Assembly (NCBI GenBank): GCA_050012175.1
Contig: JBEKHR010000029.1
Location: forward strand, 1,205 to 65,204
Source of the DNA: Terriglobia bacterium
GTDB taxonomy: Bacteria > Acidobacteriota > Terriglobia > UBA7540
Direction: 5' to 3'
DNA: 64,000 nucleotides
A program made the translations under genes and the position numbers. The notes under the pieces were generated by a model. That model saw only the letters and a program-made list of their open reading frames with translations, did no database searches and was not told where the DNA came from. Position 1 is the first letter of the stretch; the number at the start of each line of letters is the position of its first letter. This document shows, in pieces, positions 18,269 through 26,814 of this stretch.

Positions 18269-19165
18269 TTGGCTGATGGGGACCTGGAGGTTGTCATGAG
18301 ACGCGGTAGCGCAATTCCAAACACCTCAACTGAGTATTTCCAGCGGGAAGGTAAGTGGGCTTGGCTGGGTACGGTCTTCATGCTTGTTTATCTTTCAACT
18401 CCCGCGCCTGCGGCGCAGGTGCGTGTCATCCAAGGGCAGATGGTACGGCTCAAGCTCCACAATGTGCTGACCACGGAAAACGTGGTCAAAGGCGACCCGA
18501 TAGATTTTGATGTTGCCGAAGACGTGGTGGCGGCAACTCATGTGGTAATCCAAAAGGGAGCACCGGCGCGAGGCAAGGTGGTTGGCGTGAAGGGCGCAGG
18601 AAAGAAAAGGGCGAAGGACGCCTCGGTGACTTTCCAGTTTGTGTCTGTCCGCTCCGTTGATAGTCAAGATATTCCGCTCCGTGCACGCCCCGATAGACAC
18701 AAGAAAGCAGAATCCAAAGAGAATGAGATTGAGGCCAATGACCCACTTCCCGGCTATGCCGAACGCGTGATTGGGGCTGAGAAAGGGAAGGAATACGCAG
18801 CTTATGTCGATGTTTCAGCTACTGTGAACGTTCCTGATACCCCGGTCGCTCCGCCCCCGATCACACCCGTGCCCCCCGCACAACAAACGCCGGCGAACCC
18901 CCAGAGGGAAACTCCGCCCGCGGCTTCTACCCCTTCGATTGCAGTGCCGGAAGAGCCGGCTTTGGTGGACTTTAACAGTAATCCACCGGGAGCGGACATT
19001 CTGATTGACGGCAACTTGGTCGGGAACACCCCCTCTACGCTGCACGTTGATGCGGGGCGCCACCTCATCCAGTTGCGAATGGGTGGGTATCGCTCCTGGA
19101 CGCGCACCATGAGGGTCGAGCCGGGTTCGTCCCCTTTGATTCGCGCCACTCTGGAAAAGCAGTGA
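18269..19165 (+). CDS. secreted PEGA-domain protein
   Basis: Beta-rich N-terminal domain, a Pro/Ala/Thr linker, then a C-terminal PEGA-like module (NSNPPGADILIDGNLVGNTPSTLHVDAGRHLIQLRMGGYRSW). It is a paralog of the next gene. The start may be the ATG at 18296. Confidence 0.75.
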   Translation: MADGDLEVVMRRGSAIPNTSTEYFQREGKWAWLGTVFMLVYLSTPAPAAQVRVIQGQMVRLKLHNVLTTENVVKGDPIDFDVAEDVVAATHVVIQKGAPARGKVVGVKGAGKKRAKDASVTFQFVSVRSVDSQDIPLRARPDRHKKAESKENEIEANDPLPGYAERVIGAEKGKEYAAYVDVSATVNVPDTPVAPPPITPVPPAQQTPANPQRETPPAASTPSIAVPEEPALVDFNSNPPGADILIDGNLVGNTPSTLHVDAGRHLIQLRMGGYRSWTRTMRVEPGSSPLIRATLEKQ

Positions 19166-19235
19166 ACGGGCAGGATTGGGGTGGGACCGGGCTGCTGGAG
19201 AAATACGGAAATAATACTCGGAGCTGGAGGGTATC

Positions 19236-20123
19236 GTGAAGGTCAAGCATTCGATTGGAATGGTTCTTGTCTGCATGCTGATCCCGAGTTGCCTGGCTTT
19301 CGGCCAGCGGGTGCGCCTGCCTGAGGGGACTGCCGTGCGTGTGCGTTTGAAGGCTGACCTCGCGAGTGACCAGGTCGAGGAGGGCGCGCGCGTGGATTTC
19401 GAGGTGGCCCGTCCCGTGATCATCCAGGGAATAGCCGTGATCCCGGTAGGAGCTGTTTCGTGGGGCGCCGTGCAAAGTGTTAAGAAGGGGAAGTTCATCA
19501 AGTTTGACATCGAAGGTGTCAGGTTGCCGGACCTTACCGCCGTCAAGCTGCGCACAGTGGGCGGGAGAGCCAAGAACCCTGCGCAGGATCAGATCAAGGT
19601 TGAGGCGAGTTTTAGAGGTAGGGTTGGAGCGCCGAAAGGAAGCGAATACACGGCGTATGTCAATGAGGATCGAGAAGTGGCCGTGGCTGCGCAGCCCAAC
19701 ATCCCCGCACTCGCCCTTACGCCCACCGCTGCTGCGACCACACCTCCCACGCCTGCGCAAGTGGTAGAGCCAACGCCTTCGACAGCTACACCGGCCGTGA
19801 CCTACCCAAAGCCAGCGGCGCCACCAGCGGTAACCACCCCAGCGGCTTCTGCGACATCCCCCGCGATCTCACCGGGCGAATCGGCGGCGCCGCTCGCCAA
19901 CGTCGAGAGGACCACGGTGGAGTGTTTCTCCGATCCCTCCGCCGCCGACATCCTGATCGACGGGGAATTCTATGGCAACACCCCCTCAATCTTGAAGGTG
20001 CCGGTTGGCAAACACCAGTTGGAAATTCAGCTTTCCGGCTATAAGACTTACTCGATCCCGCTGATCCTGGAGCCAGGTACGCAGATTCGTACCATCCGCG
20101 CCAGTCTCGAACAAAAGGAATAG
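19236..20123 (+). CDS. secreted PEGA-domain protein (tandem paralog)
   Basis: GTG start preceded by GGAGGG. Signal peptide MVLVCMLIPSCLAFG. Same architecture as the previous gene; C-terminal SDPSAADILIDGEFYGNTPSILKVPVGKHQLEIQLSGYKTY. Confidence 0.8.
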   Translation: MKVKHSIGMVLVCMLIPSCLAFGQRVRLPEGTAVRVRLKADLASDQVEEGARVDFEVARPVIIQGIAVIPVGAVSWGAVQSVKKGKFIKFDIEGVRLPDLTAVKLRTVGGRAKNPAQDQIKVEASFRGRVGAPKGSEYTAYVNEDREVAVAAQPNIPALALTPTAAATTPPTPAQVVEPTPSTATPAVTYPKPAAPPAVTTPAASATSPAISPGESAAPLANVERTTVECFSDPSAADILIDGEFYGNTPSILKVPVGKHQLEIQLSGYKTYSIPLILEPGTQIRTIRASLEQKE

Positions 20124-20158
20124 TCTGCTCCTGCATCCTCACTCCAGTTGGACCGGAA

Positions 20159-20848
20159 ATGTTGCCCAGAGCACTGTCGCTTCTATTTACACTCTTCTTG
20201 GTTGTCGGCGTTCCGGTTCTTTCCTTATCAACCGCGCGCGACAGCCAAGTCCGTCAGATGCCGCGGCTCGCACTTTACATCTCTGCGGCGATTTCGCAGT
20301 GGGTGCTGGCGGGTTTGGGGCTGCTCATCTTCTTTCTCAGCTCGCTGAGTGCTTCTTCCGTAGGCTTCCGAACGCTCGGGCCCGTCGCCGCGCTCACCTG
20401 GGCAGGTGCTCTGGTTGCATTGTCTGTGGCCGGCATTCGCCTGGGCCTTTTCCTTGAACTCCGTGGGTGGTGGCCGCTGGAAGCCGAACTGGTCTACCTG
20501 TTGATTCCCAAGACCCGCCAGGAAAAGTTCTGGTCGGTGCTGCTCCTGGCGCCCACGGCCGCTCTTTGCGAGGAATTCTTGTATCGCGGCTTCCTCCTCG
20601 CTCAACTTACTCAATGGCTGCGTTCGGGCGCATGGGCGTGGGCTGCTTCATCGCTGGCCTTCGGGCTGGCGCACGTTTATCAAGGTTGGAACGGAATGGT
20701 AAGAGCGTCTCTGCTGGGAGCGCTGCTGGCATATCCCGTCATCCATTTCGGAAGCCTTTATCCTTCCATGCTGGCGCATGGGCTGATCGACGCTCTGGCG
20801 TTTGCGTGGCTAGGCCCAAAATTCCTGCCGCCAGAATCGGTTGCCTGA
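20159..20848 (+). CDS. CPBP-family intramembrane glutamic endopeptidase (CAAX protease-like)
   Basis: Multi-pass membrane protein with EEFLYRGFLL, FGLAHVYQ and LAHGLIDAL motifs. Confidence 0.85.
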   Translation: MLPRALSLLFTLFLVVGVPVLSLSTARDSQVRQMPRLALYISAAISQWVLAGLGLLIFFLSSLSASSVGFRTLGPVAALTWAGALVALSVAGIRLGLFLELRGWWPLEAELVYLLIPKTRQEKFWSVLLLAPTAALCEEFLYRGFLLAQLTQWLRSGAWAWAASSLAFGLAHVYQGWNGMVRASLLGALLAYPVIHFGSLYPSMLAHGLIDALAFAWLGPKFLPPESVA

Positions 20849-20858
20849 GCCTCCCGCT

Positions 20859-20942
20859 GTCATTCCGAGCGAAGCGAGGAATCTCGCGCTGGTCTGTGGA
20901 TCAAGGACTCAGAGCGAGATTCCTCGCTTCGCTCGGAATGAC
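20859..20942. mobile_element. GTCATTCYGAG-family palindromic element (core only)
   Basis: Perfect 29-bp inverted arms: GTCATTCCGAGCGAAGCGAGGAATCTCGC (20859-20887) and GCGAGATTCCTCGCTTCGCTCGGAATGAC (20914-20942). Confidence 0.75.
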
Positions 20943-20962
20943 ACCCTCGCGGTACGGAAGAC

Positions 20963-21020
20963 GGGACAGGGAACGGCCTAATTCTTATGCCCTCCCTGTT
21001 CCCTATTCCCTGTTCCCTGC
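20963..21020. repeat. heptad-repeat hairpin (GGGAACA units)
   Basis: GGGACAGGGAACGG ... CCCTGTTCCCTATTCCCTGTTCCC. The same unit family occurs at 38756-38857. Confidence 0.55.
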
Positions 21021-21203
21021 TTATGCCCCACCGTCGGAAACAGGCGCCAGCTTGTAAACGATTTCAGCGTCCTCGAGTAGCTCCTCCGCAACCTTCAGAC
21101 ACGCCACACGCAGGCACTTGGTGTCCAGGCAGGTCGGACAATTCACAATGATGCGATCAAAGAGGTAATCGGCAAGCTCTTGTTCCCCAAAAGTGTGGGC
21201 CAT
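21021..21203 (-). CDS. small Cys-containing hypothetical protein
   Basis: 60-aa ORF containing CPTC...C...C. It is protein-like but short. Confidence 0.35.
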   Translation of the reverse strand: MAHTFGEQELADYLFDRIIVNCPTCLDTKCLRVACLKVAEELLEDAEIVYKLAPVSDGGA

Positions 21204-21374
21204 GCGACTGGTCCTCCGCTCATAGAAAAACCCAAGAGACTGTGTGAGTCCCGCCCCCAGCGCATTATACGTCTGTTCGAGAGAATTGTGCTAATGCTTT
21301 CTCGCCGGACAAGGCGTCCCTGTTCTCAAATGCGTGTGGAGTTGCAGGAGAAATCCGGCTAAGATAGGCAAGGT

Positions 21375-21647
21375 ATGGATGAGCGCGAATTTTTTGATGA
21401 AAATGAGACTCTGAAACCTGCCACTCTCTCCTGCCTGTTTTGTCACCAGACAGATACCTACGAGATTCGGTGGTTGGTGCGCACAAAGAGGAAGAAGCTT
21501 CCAGGTCACGCGGACGAACGAGATCGGGCGCGCTTTGCCAAATCAAGGAACTATATGCTGCGGCGAGACGATTTCGTCCAATGTAAGAACCTCCGCTGCC
21601 GAAAGCGCTTTGAGATTTCAGGTATTCAGTCGGTAGTCTTTTTGTGA
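21375..21647 (+). CDS. small zinc-ribbon-like hypothetical protein
   Basis: 90-aa ORF with CLFC near the N-terminus and C-x4-C (CKNLRC) near the C-terminus. Basic. Confidence 0.45.
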   Translation: MDEREFFDENETLKPATLSCLFCHQTDTYEIRWLVRTKRKKLPGHADERDRARFAKSRNYMLRRDDFVQCKNLRCRKRFEISGIQSVVFL

Positions 21648-21713
21648 TCGTGCGCTTCCGGGGATGTGCCTGACGTATTGCTGAGAGGTCAGAGGAACCC
21701 TAGTTGCGCTCGC

Positions 21714-23198
21714 CTACTTCCCATGTGCCACGTCTTGCACGGTGGGAAGAGTCGAAGCATCCCATCCGCCGCCCAGCGCTTCGATCAGAAGGACGCTGGC
21801 GCTCATGCGGCGCGTCAGAATACTCAGGGCCTGCACCTGGTCTTGCAGAAGAATAGCTTGCTCGGTGATGACGGTGAGGTAGTTGACAGTGCCGGCCTTG
21901 TACTGGTAAGTGGAAATATCCAGCGAGTTTTGGGCGGCTTTTACGGCATTGTCCTCGGCTTGCGCTTCTTTCTCAAGCACGCGCAGCGCCGCCAGATTAT
22001 CCTCGACTTGCTGGAAGCCTGTGAGAACGGTCTGGCGATAATTGGCCACCGTGGCGTCATAGGCAGCCAGGGTCTGAGCAAGCGCGGCGCGGCGCCTGCC
22101 GGCATCGAAGAGGGTCTCCGCCAACTGCGGCCCCACGGACCAGAAGCGGCTTGGCCAGGAGATCCACTTTAAGAATTGGGAGCTTTCAACGCCTGCCGAG
22201 CCGCTGATGGTCAGGGTTGGGTAATAAGCAGCTTTGGCAATGCCGATCTGCTCGTTGGCCTGGGCCATCTGCCGTTCGGCGGCGGCGATATCCGGCCGGC
22301 GCTCCAGCAGGTTGGAAGGAAGTCCCACCGGCACGGGTGGCGGGGTGATCTTGATGGAACGGTAAGAGATGGAAAGCTCCGCGGGGGGCTTGCCCGCCAG
22401 GACGGCAATGGCGTGCTCGTACTGTGCGCGCGCCACATCGTAATCGATCAAGTGGGCCCGCGCGGTTTCCAGTTGGGTCTGCGCCTGAGCAACGTCCGAG
22501 CCCGACGCCACGCCACTATTGAACCTGTCTTGCGTGAGCTTGAGGTAATCCTGATAGGACTTCACGGTGGTATCGAGCAATTCTTTCTCGCCATCCGTGC
22601 CGCGCAACTCAAAGTAATCTTGCGCAAGTTCCGCCTGGTAGGATAGCCGTGCGTTCTCCAATTGAGCGGCGCTGACTTGTGCGGCCTCCGCGCTAGCCCG
22701 AATACTGCGGCGGATACTTCCCCAAATATCGGCTTGGTACGACACGTCCACCGGCAGGTCGTAGGCGGTGGATAGACCGGTGAGCACCGATCGCGAGTTC
22801 ACAATGGAAGGAGCAGCGGAAACGGTCGGGTACAGGTTCGAGCGCGCGATGCGCACGGCGAATTTAGCCTCGCGGAATTGCGCCTCCGCCGCCAGCAGAT
22901 TCTGGTTGGAAATACTCACCTGTTCTTCCAGGGCATTGAGCTCCGGGTCGCTATAGATTTCCCACCATTTGCCGCGTGCCAGGGCGTCGCTGGGCTGGGC
23001 TTGTTTCCAGCCCTTCATCTCCTGGGCGTTGTCGGTCGGCGGTTCCTTATACGCCGGAGGGACGGGAGCGGTGGGCCTTTGATACTTCGGTCCGATCATG
23101 CAGGCGCTCGAGAAGAGCAGTAGGCAGAAGGCGGAAAGCAGAAGGCAGCGCGAAGAGGAAAGGTGAGAGGGTAAAGGGCGCCAATGAGGGTCTGGCAT
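21714..23198 (-). CDS. RND efflux outer-membrane factor lipoprotein (NodT/OprM family)
   Basis: Lipoprotein-type signal (CLLLSAFCLLLFSSAC) if the start is the Met at 23198; the ORF track extends to 23348 through a repeat. Contains the PKYQRP motif and a two-repeat coiled alpha-barrel pattern (LDLL, AQL, YKAG). Confidence 0.88.
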   Translation of the reverse strand: MPDPHWRPLPSHLSSSRCLLLSAFCLLLFSSACMIGPKYQRPTAPVPPAYKEPPTDNAQEMKGWKQAQPSDALARGKWWEIYSDPELNALEEQVSISNQNLLAAEAQFREAKFAVRIARSNLYPTVSAAPSIVNSRSVLTGLSTAYDLPVDVSYQADIWGSIRRSIRASAEAAQVSAAQLENARLSYQAELAQDYFELRGTDGEKELLDTTVKSYQDYLKLTQDRFNSGVASGSDVAQAQTQLETARAHLIDYDVARAQYEHAIAVLAGKPPAELSISYRSIKITPPPVPVGLPSNLLERRPDIAAAERQMAQANEQIGIAKAAYYPTLTISGSAGVESSQFLKWISWPSRFWSVGPQLAETLFDAGRRRAALAQTLAAYDATVANYRQTVLTGFQQVEDNLAALRVLEKEAQAEDNAVKAAQNSLDISTYQYKAGTVNYLTVITEQAILLQDQVQALSILTRRMSASVLLIEALGGGWDASTLPTVQDVAHGK

Positions 23199-23343
23199 CT
23201 CCACGCTGTCCCCTGAACCATGTCCCCCGTGCCCCGAGAGTGCCGTCGAGAATGTGATTTCAGCTAACACATCGGTATTTGTCGTACGGTTCATGAGTGG
23301 TGTCTCGTGATATCCAGTGTTTGATGCGGACAGGTCCCGGCCT

Positions 23344-23386
23344 GTCATTCTGAGTCCGCCATTCTTATTGGCGGACGAAGAATCTC
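23344..23386. repeat. GTCATTCTGAG half-element
   Basis: GTCATTCTGAGTCCGCCATTCTTATTGGCGGACGAAGAATCTC. Positions 23344-23378 are the exact reverse complement of 8847-8881. Confidence 0.7.
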
Positions 23387-23477
23387 TGCATTCCTGGGAT
23401 CAGTAAACTGCGGGCCTGCCGCAATACTGTTCACATAAGGGGTGTTCAGGAAACTCCTTCGCAATTCGTCCCGGGGT

Positions 23478-23599
23478 GACCCCCTCACCCGTCCCGATCA
23501 GATCGGGACACCCTCTCCCCCAAGGGGGAGAGGGTAGTAGATTCAAATTAACGCCCTCCCTCTCCCCCTCGGGGGAGAGGGGCAGGGGGTGAGGGGGTT
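23478..23599. repeat. composite 'GGGGAGAGGG' palindromic element
   Basis: Outer arms GACCCCCTCACCC / GGGTGAGGGGGTT. Inner palindromes CCCTCTCCCCCAAGGGGGAGAGGG and CCCTCTCCCCCTCGGGGGAGAGGGG. Related copies at 40391-40411, 52544-52638 and 54864-54925. Confidence 0.75.
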
Positions 23600-23694
23600 C
23601 TACGGTCGAGCAGTGAACAGCCTCCTTGACAAAGCTTAAGTGAACGCCATTGCGGCTTGCCCTCATCTTGAACATGATGATTTATTCCCCACCT

Positions 23695-26600
23695 TCACGC
23701 TTCAAAGCCGCGCGGCTCGGCTTCTTCGCGGCGTCCCATACGTACCCGCTCCCACCACCAATGTTGGATGCGGTCGAAGTAGAGGTAAACCACCGGCGTG
23801 GTGTACAAGGTCAGCAACTGGCTCACAATTAGCCCGCCGATGATGGCAATTCCCAGCGGACGGCGAAACTCCGATCCAGTGCCAGTGCCGAGCGCGAGCG
23901 GTAATGCGCCCAGCATCGCCGCCATCGTGGTCATGAGAATGGGGCGGAAGCGCAGCAAGCACGCCTCATAGATAGAGTCGCGCGAATTCTTGCCTTCGTT
24001 TCGCTCGGCGGCGATCGCGAAATCGATCATTAGGATGCCGTTCTTTTTCACGAGCCCGATCAGCAGAACGATTCCGATAACGGCGATCACGGTGAGTTCA
24101 GTGTGGGTGAGCAGGAGCGCCAACAGTGCGCCAACGCCCGCCGACGGCAGCGTGGACAGAACGGTAACGGGATGGACGTAACTCTCGTAAAGAATGCCGA
24201 GCACGAGGTAGACCGACACGAGTGCGGCCGCGATCAGGAGGGGCTCGCTGCCGAGCGAATCCTGGTAGGCTTGTGCCGTCCCGGAGAATCCGGTATGGAT
24301 AGTGGGCGGAAGGCCAATCCTGCTGGCCGCCGCATTAATCGCGTCCACGGCATCTCCTAGGGCGATGCCCGGCCGCAGGTTGAAGGAGATGGTGACCGCT
24401 GGAAAGAGGCCCTGGTGGTTTACCGACAGGGGCGCGGTTATTGGGGTATAATGCGTGATAGCGCTCAAGGGAACCTGCTGCCCACTCGGCGAATGCACGT
24501 AGGTTTGGCGCAAGAAGAGCGGATTCTGCCAGTATTCGGGCGCCGCCTCCATCACCACGTGGTACTGATTCAGCGGAGTGTACATGGTGGAAACTTGGCG
24601 TTGGCCGAAGGCGTCGTAGAGCGTGTTGTCAATCAGTTGTGGCGAGATGCCGAAACGCGCCGCCGTTTCACGATCATACTGCACAAACGCTTGCAGCCCG
24701 CGGTCCTGCTGGTCGCTGTTCACGTCCGCGATGATGGAGATGGATCGCAGCTCTTGGAGCATGCGGGGAGCAAAATTCGCGAGATCCTGCAGGTTGTCGC
24801 CCCGCATGGTGTATTGATACTGGGAGGCGCCGAATCGCCCACCGACGCGCACGTCTTGCGACGCCTGCATATAAAGCGTGGCGCCCGGCACCCGGGCGAG
24901 CTTTGGCCGCAGCCGCCCGATGACGAGGTCGGCAGTGATTTTTCTTTCTTCGGGCGGTTTCAGAGCGATGAACATCCGCGCGGTGTTCATTCCGCCGCCG
25001 CCGGGACCTCCTCCTCCCGTGAATCCGTTGACCATATCAACGGCCGGGTCGGCGACGATGATATTGATCATCTGCCGCAAAATCTTGTCCATGGCTTGAA
25101 ACGAGGTGTCCTGGTCAGCTTGAATCGAGCCCATAATTCGTCCGTTATCCTGTTGCGGAAAGAACCCCTTGGGCACATAAATATAAAGGTAAACGTTGAG
25201 CGCAATCGTGGCCAGCAACACCGCCAGGGTAATTGCCGGATAGCGAAGCACTATGGACAATGTTCTCCCATACGCTTTCACGACCCCGTTGAAGCCTCGC
25301 TCGCTGGTCCGGTACAGCCAGCCATGGGACTCGTGTTCTTTTAAGAGGTGAGCGCACATCATGGGAGTCGCGGTGAGCGAGACCACCATGGAGACGGAAA
25401 TAGCGGCGGCCAGGGTTACCGCAAACTCGCGGAACAGGCGGCCCACAATCCCTCCCATGAGCAGCAAGGGAATGAACACTGCAACCAGCGAAATACTGAT
25501 CGTCAATACGGTGAAGCCGATTTCCTGAGCCCCCTTCAGGGCGGCCTGGAACGGATGCAACCCCTTTTCCAGATAGCGGGAGATGTTCTCGATGACGACG
25601 ATCGCATCGTCAACTACAAAGCCGGTGGAGATGCAGAGCGCCATCAACGACAGATTGTCGAGGCTGTAGCCCAATAGGTACATCACACCAAAAGTTCCGA
25701 TCAGCGACACGGGGACGGCGACGCTGGGGATGAAGGTGGTGCGCGGATTCCTCAGAAAGAGGAATACGACCAGAATCACCAGAATCACCGAGATGATCAA
25801 CGTTTGCTCGACATTGCTCACGGAGGCGCGGATGGTCAAGGTTTGATCGCTGGCCACTCGCACATCGATCGACTGGGGAATGGCAGCTTTAAGCTGGGGA
25901 AGAACCGCGCGGATGCCATCCACGGTATCGATAATGTTGGCGTTCGGTTGGCGCATGATGAAGATCAAAACGGAGGGCTTGCCGTTCGCATAACCCGCCG
26001 AACGAATGTCTTCAGGGGCGTCGCGCGCTTGGCCGATATCGGAGATGCGCACGGCCGATCCGTTGCGGTAAGCAACGATCAAGGGGAGGTAGTCAATGGC
26101 CTTGAAGAGCTGATCGTTGGCGCCCACTTCCCACATGCGGTGACCGTCCGAAAAGTGTCCTTTGGGTGAGTTGGCATTGGCGCTGCTTAACACGCCTCGG
26201 ACCTGCTCGAGGCCGATGCCATATTTGTTCAGGGCGGTCGGATTCAACTCGATACGAACGCCTGGCAACGCCCCTCCACCCACGCCCACCTGGCCCACGC
26301 CGCTGACCTGCGCTATTTTCTGCGCCATTATGGTGGAAGCGGCATCGTATATTTGGCTTTTGGAGAGCACGTCGGAGGTGAGCGCAAGCATGAAAATCGG
26401 AGAATCGGCCGGATTCACCTTGCGGTAGGTCGGGTTATTGGGAAGATTGGTCGGCAGGTAGCCGCGGGCGGCGTTGATAGCCGCCTGAACGTCCCTTGCC
26501 GCAGCGTTGATGTCTCGGTTCAAATCGAATTGCAGCGTGACGCTGGAGGATCCGAGGCTACTCGACGAGGTCATTTCGGTGACCGACGCAATGCGGGTAA

Positions 26601-26811
26601 ATTGGCGCTCCAGCGGAGTCGCCACCGATGAGGCCATGGTCTCGGGACTGGCGCCGGGCAAACCTGCCGACACGGAGACCGTGGGGAAATCCACCTGGGG
26701 CAGCGGTGATACGGGAAGGAGTCGGAAGGCGACGGCTCCGGCCAAAGTGATGGCGATGAGGAGGAGCGTCGTAGCAACCGGCCTGCGAATGAAAGGCTCT
26801 GAGATATTCAT
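23695..26811 (-). CDS. mdtC: RND multidrug efflux permease, AcrB/MdtC-like (HAE-1)
   Basis: 1038 aa with a 12-TM AcrB architecture. N-terminal MNISEPFIRRPVATTLL, plus the VVDDAIVVIENI motif. It is the second of two tandem RND permeases, as in mdtABC. Confidence 0.88.
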   Translation of the reverse strand: MNISEPFIRRPVATTLLLIAITLAGAVAFRLLPVSPLPQVDFPTVSVSAGLPGASPETMASSVATPLERQFTRIASVTEMTSSSSLGSSSVTLQFDLNRDINAAARDVQAAINAARGYLPTNLPNNPTYRKVNPADSPIFMLALTSDVLSKSQIYDAASTIMAQKIAQVSGVGQVGVGGGALPGVRIELNPTALNKYGIGLEQVRGVLSSANANSPKGHFSDGHRMWEVGANDQLFKAIDYLPLIVAYRNGSAVRISDIGQARDAPEDIRSAGYANGKPSVLIFIMRQPNANIIDTVDGIRAVLPQLKAAIPQSIDVRVASDQTLTIRASVSNVEQTLIISVILVILVVFLFLRNPRTTFIPSVAVPVSLIGTFGVMYLLGYSLDNLSLMALCISTGFVVDDAIVVIENISRYLEKGLHPFQAALKGAQEIGFTVLTISISLVAVFIPLLLMGGIVGRLFREFAVTLAAAISVSMVVSLTATPMMCAHLLKEHESHGWLYRTSERGFNGVVKAYGRTLSIVLRYPAITLAVLLATIALNVYLYIYVPKGFFPQQDNGRIMGSIQADQDTSFQAMDKILRQMINIIVADPAVDMVNGFTGGGGPGGGGMNTARMFIALKPPEERKITADLVIGRLRPKLARVPGATLYMQASQDVRVGGRFGASQYQYTMRGDNLQDLANFAPRMLQELRSISIIADVNSDQQDRGLQAFVQYDRETAARFGISPQLIDNTLYDAFGQRQVSTMYTPLNQYHVVMEAAPEYWQNPLFLRQTYVHSPSGQQVPLSAITHYTPITAPLSVNHQGLFPAVTISFNLRPGIALGDAVDAINAAASRIGLPPTIHTGFSGTAQAYQDSLGSEPLLIAAALVSVYLVLGILYESYVHPVTVLSTLPSAGVGALLALLLTHTELTVIAVIGIVLLIGLVKKNGILMIDFAIAAERNEGKNSRDSIYEACLLRFRPILMTTMAAMLGALPLALGTGTGSEFRRPLGIAIIGGLIVSQLLTLYTTPVVYLYFDRIQHWWWERVRMGRREEAEPRGFEA

Positions 26812-26814
26812 GGC

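Noticed and set aside
24415-25344. 309-aa plus-strand ORF, and similar long ORFs at 33340-34290, 35089-35703, 49631-50677 and 54958-55650
   Set aside because: All lie opposite to, or out of frame within, strongly supported genes (mdtC, the helicase, the PLP decarboxylase/Ada fusion, the pilin genes). All have shadow-ORF composition.
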